Sequence record: SRR22947727_5184
DNA: 40,775 nt
Direction: 5' to 3' (one strand)
A model generated the notes under the pieces. That model was not told the DNA's origin. It ran no database searches and was given only the letters and a program-made list of their open reading frames with translations. The translations under genes and the position numbers were made by a program. Of the stretch, positions 38,109 through 40,775 are shown piece by piece. Numbering within the stretch: position 1 is the stretch's first letter; each line of letters begins with the position of its first letter.

Positions 38109-38981
38109 TCAGACGACTTCAGGTTTGAAAGGGATCAGTCGATAGGCATTGCCATCGCAGACAATGTGGCCTGCCGTTGCACCGGCAAAATGGGTGCCGA
38201 TGATTAAGGTAGGCGTTTCTGCGTAATCTGCAAAGACTCGTCTCCGTGTTTCATCCGCTTTGCCAGCATCGACGTCTGCCGTACTGCCCCACTCTAGCCG
38301 CGCCATTTGGCAGGGGTGGTGAACAAAGTCACCTGTTATGAGGCCCTGCTCTGATCTCGAATTGATCTGAATACTGACATGTCCTGGTGTGTGGCCTAGC
38401 GTCGGCACCAAAGCGACTTCGCTACAGACGCGGTGATCAGTCTCGACCAAGTCCATTAGCCCGGCATCAAAAATGGGCGCTACCGAATCGTTAAATACGC
38501 GTTGGTTAAATTCGGCAATATCGGTGCGCTTAAAATAGTCATATTCATCCTTGGCAATGAGGTATCGGGCATTAGGAAATGTCGGCACCCATTTCCCATC
38601 GACGAGCATGGTGTTCCAGCCCACGTGATCGACATGTAGATGCGTACACAGCACGCAATCGACGGCGGCAGGGTCGAAGCCTGCGCTGGTAAAATCCGCT
38701 AGAAAGCGGGTTTGCAAGTGATGCCAATTCTTATAAGGCATGCGCTCTTTTTCATTGCCTACGCAAGTGTCCACCACAATAAGCTGGTCTTTTGTCTCTA
38801 TGACGAGAGCATGAACACTGAACTTCAGCTCACCTGCTTCGTCCATAAAATCCGGCTTTAACCAGCTAATCTCTCGGCATGCCTCGGGAACCGCATCCGG
38901 CAGTATCCAGGCCGCGCCGCCGCAGCTCTCTAACTCCACAATCTTGGTGATGGTAACGTCGCCGATGCGCCATGTTTGCAT
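38109..38981 (-). CDS. MBL-fold metallo-hydrolase (YtnP/AHL-lactonase-like subgroup)
   Basis: THLHVDHVGWN, GHTPGH, GDFVHH and GTHF. Confidence 0.92.
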   Translation of the reverse strand: MQTWRIGDVTITKIVELESCGGAAWILPDAVPEACREISWLKPDFMDEAGELKFSVHALVIETKDQLIVVDTCVGNEKERMPYKNWHHLQTRFLADFTSAGFDPAAVDCVLCTHLHVDHVGWNTMLVDGKWVPTFPNARYLIAKDEYDYFKRTDIAEFNQRVFNDSVAPIFDAGLMDLVETDHRVCSEVALVPTLGHTPGHVSIQINSRSEQGLITGDFVHHPCQMARLEWGSTADVDAGKADETRRRVFADYAETPTLIIGTHFAGATAGHIVCDGNAYRLIPFKPEVV

Positions 38982-39379
38982 TGTCAGTTTTATCCGCAAA
39001 TGTGGAGTAAGTTGTCGCCTACAGATCACCACACTTGGAGAAATAGGCAGGCACGGTGCTGGTCATCATTGCATAAATCATCGCATGCGAGTGGGAGATT
39101 CTGCTCGCAGCGAATCCGCGCTGACTCAGGTTGCGTCAGCGCGAATCTGCATTGCCAGACTCGTCTTGAGCACTGCACGAGTCGCCAACGGTTAGCCTGT
39201 TTTAGGACGCTATCTCATTTAGCGCCCAATGTTTGATGTGTGATGATGCAGTAGATATTCATTGTTCTCGGCTAGCAGTGCTGTGTGCCAATGGGTTCAG
39301 TGTGGCGTCCGCCAGGAACAATTGGCGCCATGGTGAGTGCTGCGGCAAGCGCTTCGACGTCTCTGTTAAGCCCGTCGCT

Positions 39380-39414
39380 TTGTCACAACACCGCCAGCAC
39401 TTATAATGCGCGCC
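39380..39414 (+). promoter_or_regulatory. Sigma70 promoter with a GC-rich discriminator
   Basis: TTGTCA (39380-39385), 16-nt spacer, TATAAT (39402-39407), then GCGCGCC. Confidence 0.65.
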
Positions 39415-39494
39415 GTGTTCAAATCAGCCGCGATTCGCTATTTAATGCGCAGCGACAATCTGTTGTCGTTGCAGCAGTGCAATGAGGTGTGTTC

Positions 39495-40559
39495 ATGCGA
39501 CTTTGGACCTTTTTAAGGCCTTTTCAATACGATTCCCAAGCTTATGTACTCGAGGTATCACTGAGCCTCACCAAGACTATCGCGAGGTTGTTTCAAGGCA
39601 ATGCGTTGCTGGCCGAACAATCTCAGTCGCACCGAGAGGGGGCGGTTACGTTTACCTTTGATTTGTTACCTGATCTCACTAGCGCATCAGCTGCTGAGGT
39701 AGCCGATGACGGCCTTCATGGAGTCCCCCATGAGGTACCCGACGAAGCACCTGATACCGTGCACAGTGGCACTGCTGAGCCGACTGGGACGGCTCCTGCG
39801 CAGTTGATAGCCAGATTTGTTAACGGATGGAGCTTGGCCATCACCGTGGTCGAGGGCGGTCAGCCGATTCATGAAACCCATACCGGACGGGATCTCCACA
39901 CGGGGCAGCTAACTGTCCCACAGGCCACGCCGCCCGAGGAGCCGCCAGAGGCGGAGCTGGAGGAGGTAAGCGGACTGAATGTTGAGCAAATGACCCAGTT
40001 GAGCCAGCGTAAATGGCAGCGCAACAAATATTCTATTTATGCCGACATGGTACTTGGCGCGCTTTTTTTTATCGTCGGCAAGGTCACTGAGGATTTAGCG
40101 CTTGCCGCCATTATTGGTGCGGGTGCCGGCTTGTTGCTAGTAGTGGTGCAGCGGTTTGTCAAAGTCGATCTGCTGGGTGGCTTTGCGGTCTTTGGTACCA
40201 TCATGCTGTTGATTTCGGCGGCTTTTTCGTTGGCATTGCAGGACGATTACTGGGTGCAAATGAAAGGCACTGTGCTGGGGTTGCTGACAGCGACTATTTT
40301 CATGATCGATGGGCTACTGCGTCGCGGCGCTTATTTTGGCGCGCGCATCGAGCGCTATATGCCTTTGCCACTCGACCATGGTCGCATTGCCGTTGGCATG
40401 AGCCTCATAGGAGTGGTCATGGCATTGGCCAATTACTACGTGGCGAATCAGTTCACCGAGGATTTTTGGTTAACGTGGACGACCTTTTTGGACTTGCCTT
40501 TGAGCATGGCGCTCTTTTATGCCGTCATTTTTTGGGCACGTAAGCGCACGACTGATTAG
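39495..40559 (+). CDS. YciB/IspZ (intracellular septation protein A)-like membrane protein with a large N-terminal soluble extension
   Basis: C-terminal half ALFFIVGK...SLALQDDYWVQMKGT...ANYYVA..FTEDFW follows the YciB pattern; GAGGTG RBS. Confidence 0.78.
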   Translation: MRLWTFLRPFQYDSQAYVLEVSLSLTKTIARLFQGNALLAEQSQSHREGAVTFTFDLLPDLTSASAAEVADDGLHGVPHEVPDEAPDTVHSGTAEPTGTAPAQLIARFVNGWSLAITVVEGGQPIHETHTGRDLHTGQLTVPQATPPEEPPEAELEEVSGLNVEQMTQLSQRKWQRNKYSIYADMVLGALFFIVGKVTEDLALAAIIGAGAGLLLVVVQRFVKVDLLGGFAVFGTIMLLISAAFSLALQDDYWVQMKGTVLGLLTATIFMIDGLLRRGAYFGARIERYMPLPLDHGRIAVGMSLIGVVMALANYYVANQFTEDFWLTWTTFLDLPLSMALFYAVIFWARKRTTD

Positions 40560-40603
40560 CGCGTTAACCAGAGATCAATGAAGGCGATAGAGCGAGATAA
40601 TAC

Positions 40604-40630
40604 GCCTGATCCTGCTGGGGGGCATCAGGC
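40604..40630. terminator. Hairpin downstream of the YciB-like gene
   Basis: GCCTGAT...ATCAGGC stem; no clear U tract. Confidence 0.4.
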
Positions 40631-40745
40631 TGCTGTTGGGCGCGCACGGTGTTGCCGAGCTGTCAGTACGCAATTACGCCGTTAATCACCTACCGCCGGT
40701 GAGGATCGACTCGCCGTTCCTATGACGCATAACGCGCACTATTCA

Positions 40746-40775
40746 TGGTCGAAGTTCTGGTCGAAGTTCTGGTCG
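40746..40775. repeat. 12-bp tandem repeat TGGTCGAAGTTC, 2.5 copies, running off the window end
   Basis: Units at 40746, 40758 and 40770 (partial). Confidence 0.85.

Noticed and set aside
40739-40775. C-terminus of a minus-strand gene reading DQNFDQNFDHE*
   Set aside because: Plausible but too short to support within the window; reported only as a repeat

Overview
A gene-dense bacterial segment with about 33 coding sequences, almost all transporters and small-molecule catabolic enzymes. Transport genes include NhaC-like, TauE, GltS, three MFS, an RND pair and an OprD porin. Enzymes include PLP, flavin, Rieske, TIM-barrel, cupin, VOC, EthD, SDR and MBL types. I see no rRNA, tRNA, CRISPR array or intact mobile element, and I recognise no transcriptional regulator. 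The gene content suggests a marine gammaproteobacterium such as the OM60/NOR5 (Halieaceae) group, which is inference only. Most notable: (1) an MFS / trimethylamine-dehydrogenase-like / Rieske / MFS operon whose flavoenzyme lacks the FMN-binding Cys and other canonical active-site residues, suggesting an unknown amine or N-methyl substrate; (2) tandem paralogous double-EthD proteins with a shared HVGYH motif, followed by an SDR; (3) an unannotated 46-aa four-Cys microprotein; (4) a decayed serine hydrolase with two Trp-to-TAG stops and a probable IS91-type scar; (5) many 12-15 bp tandem repeats at gene ends and at both window edges; (6) an rrn P1-like promoter upstream of an extended YciB/IspZ gene. 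All family assignments come from motif recognition, not database searches.
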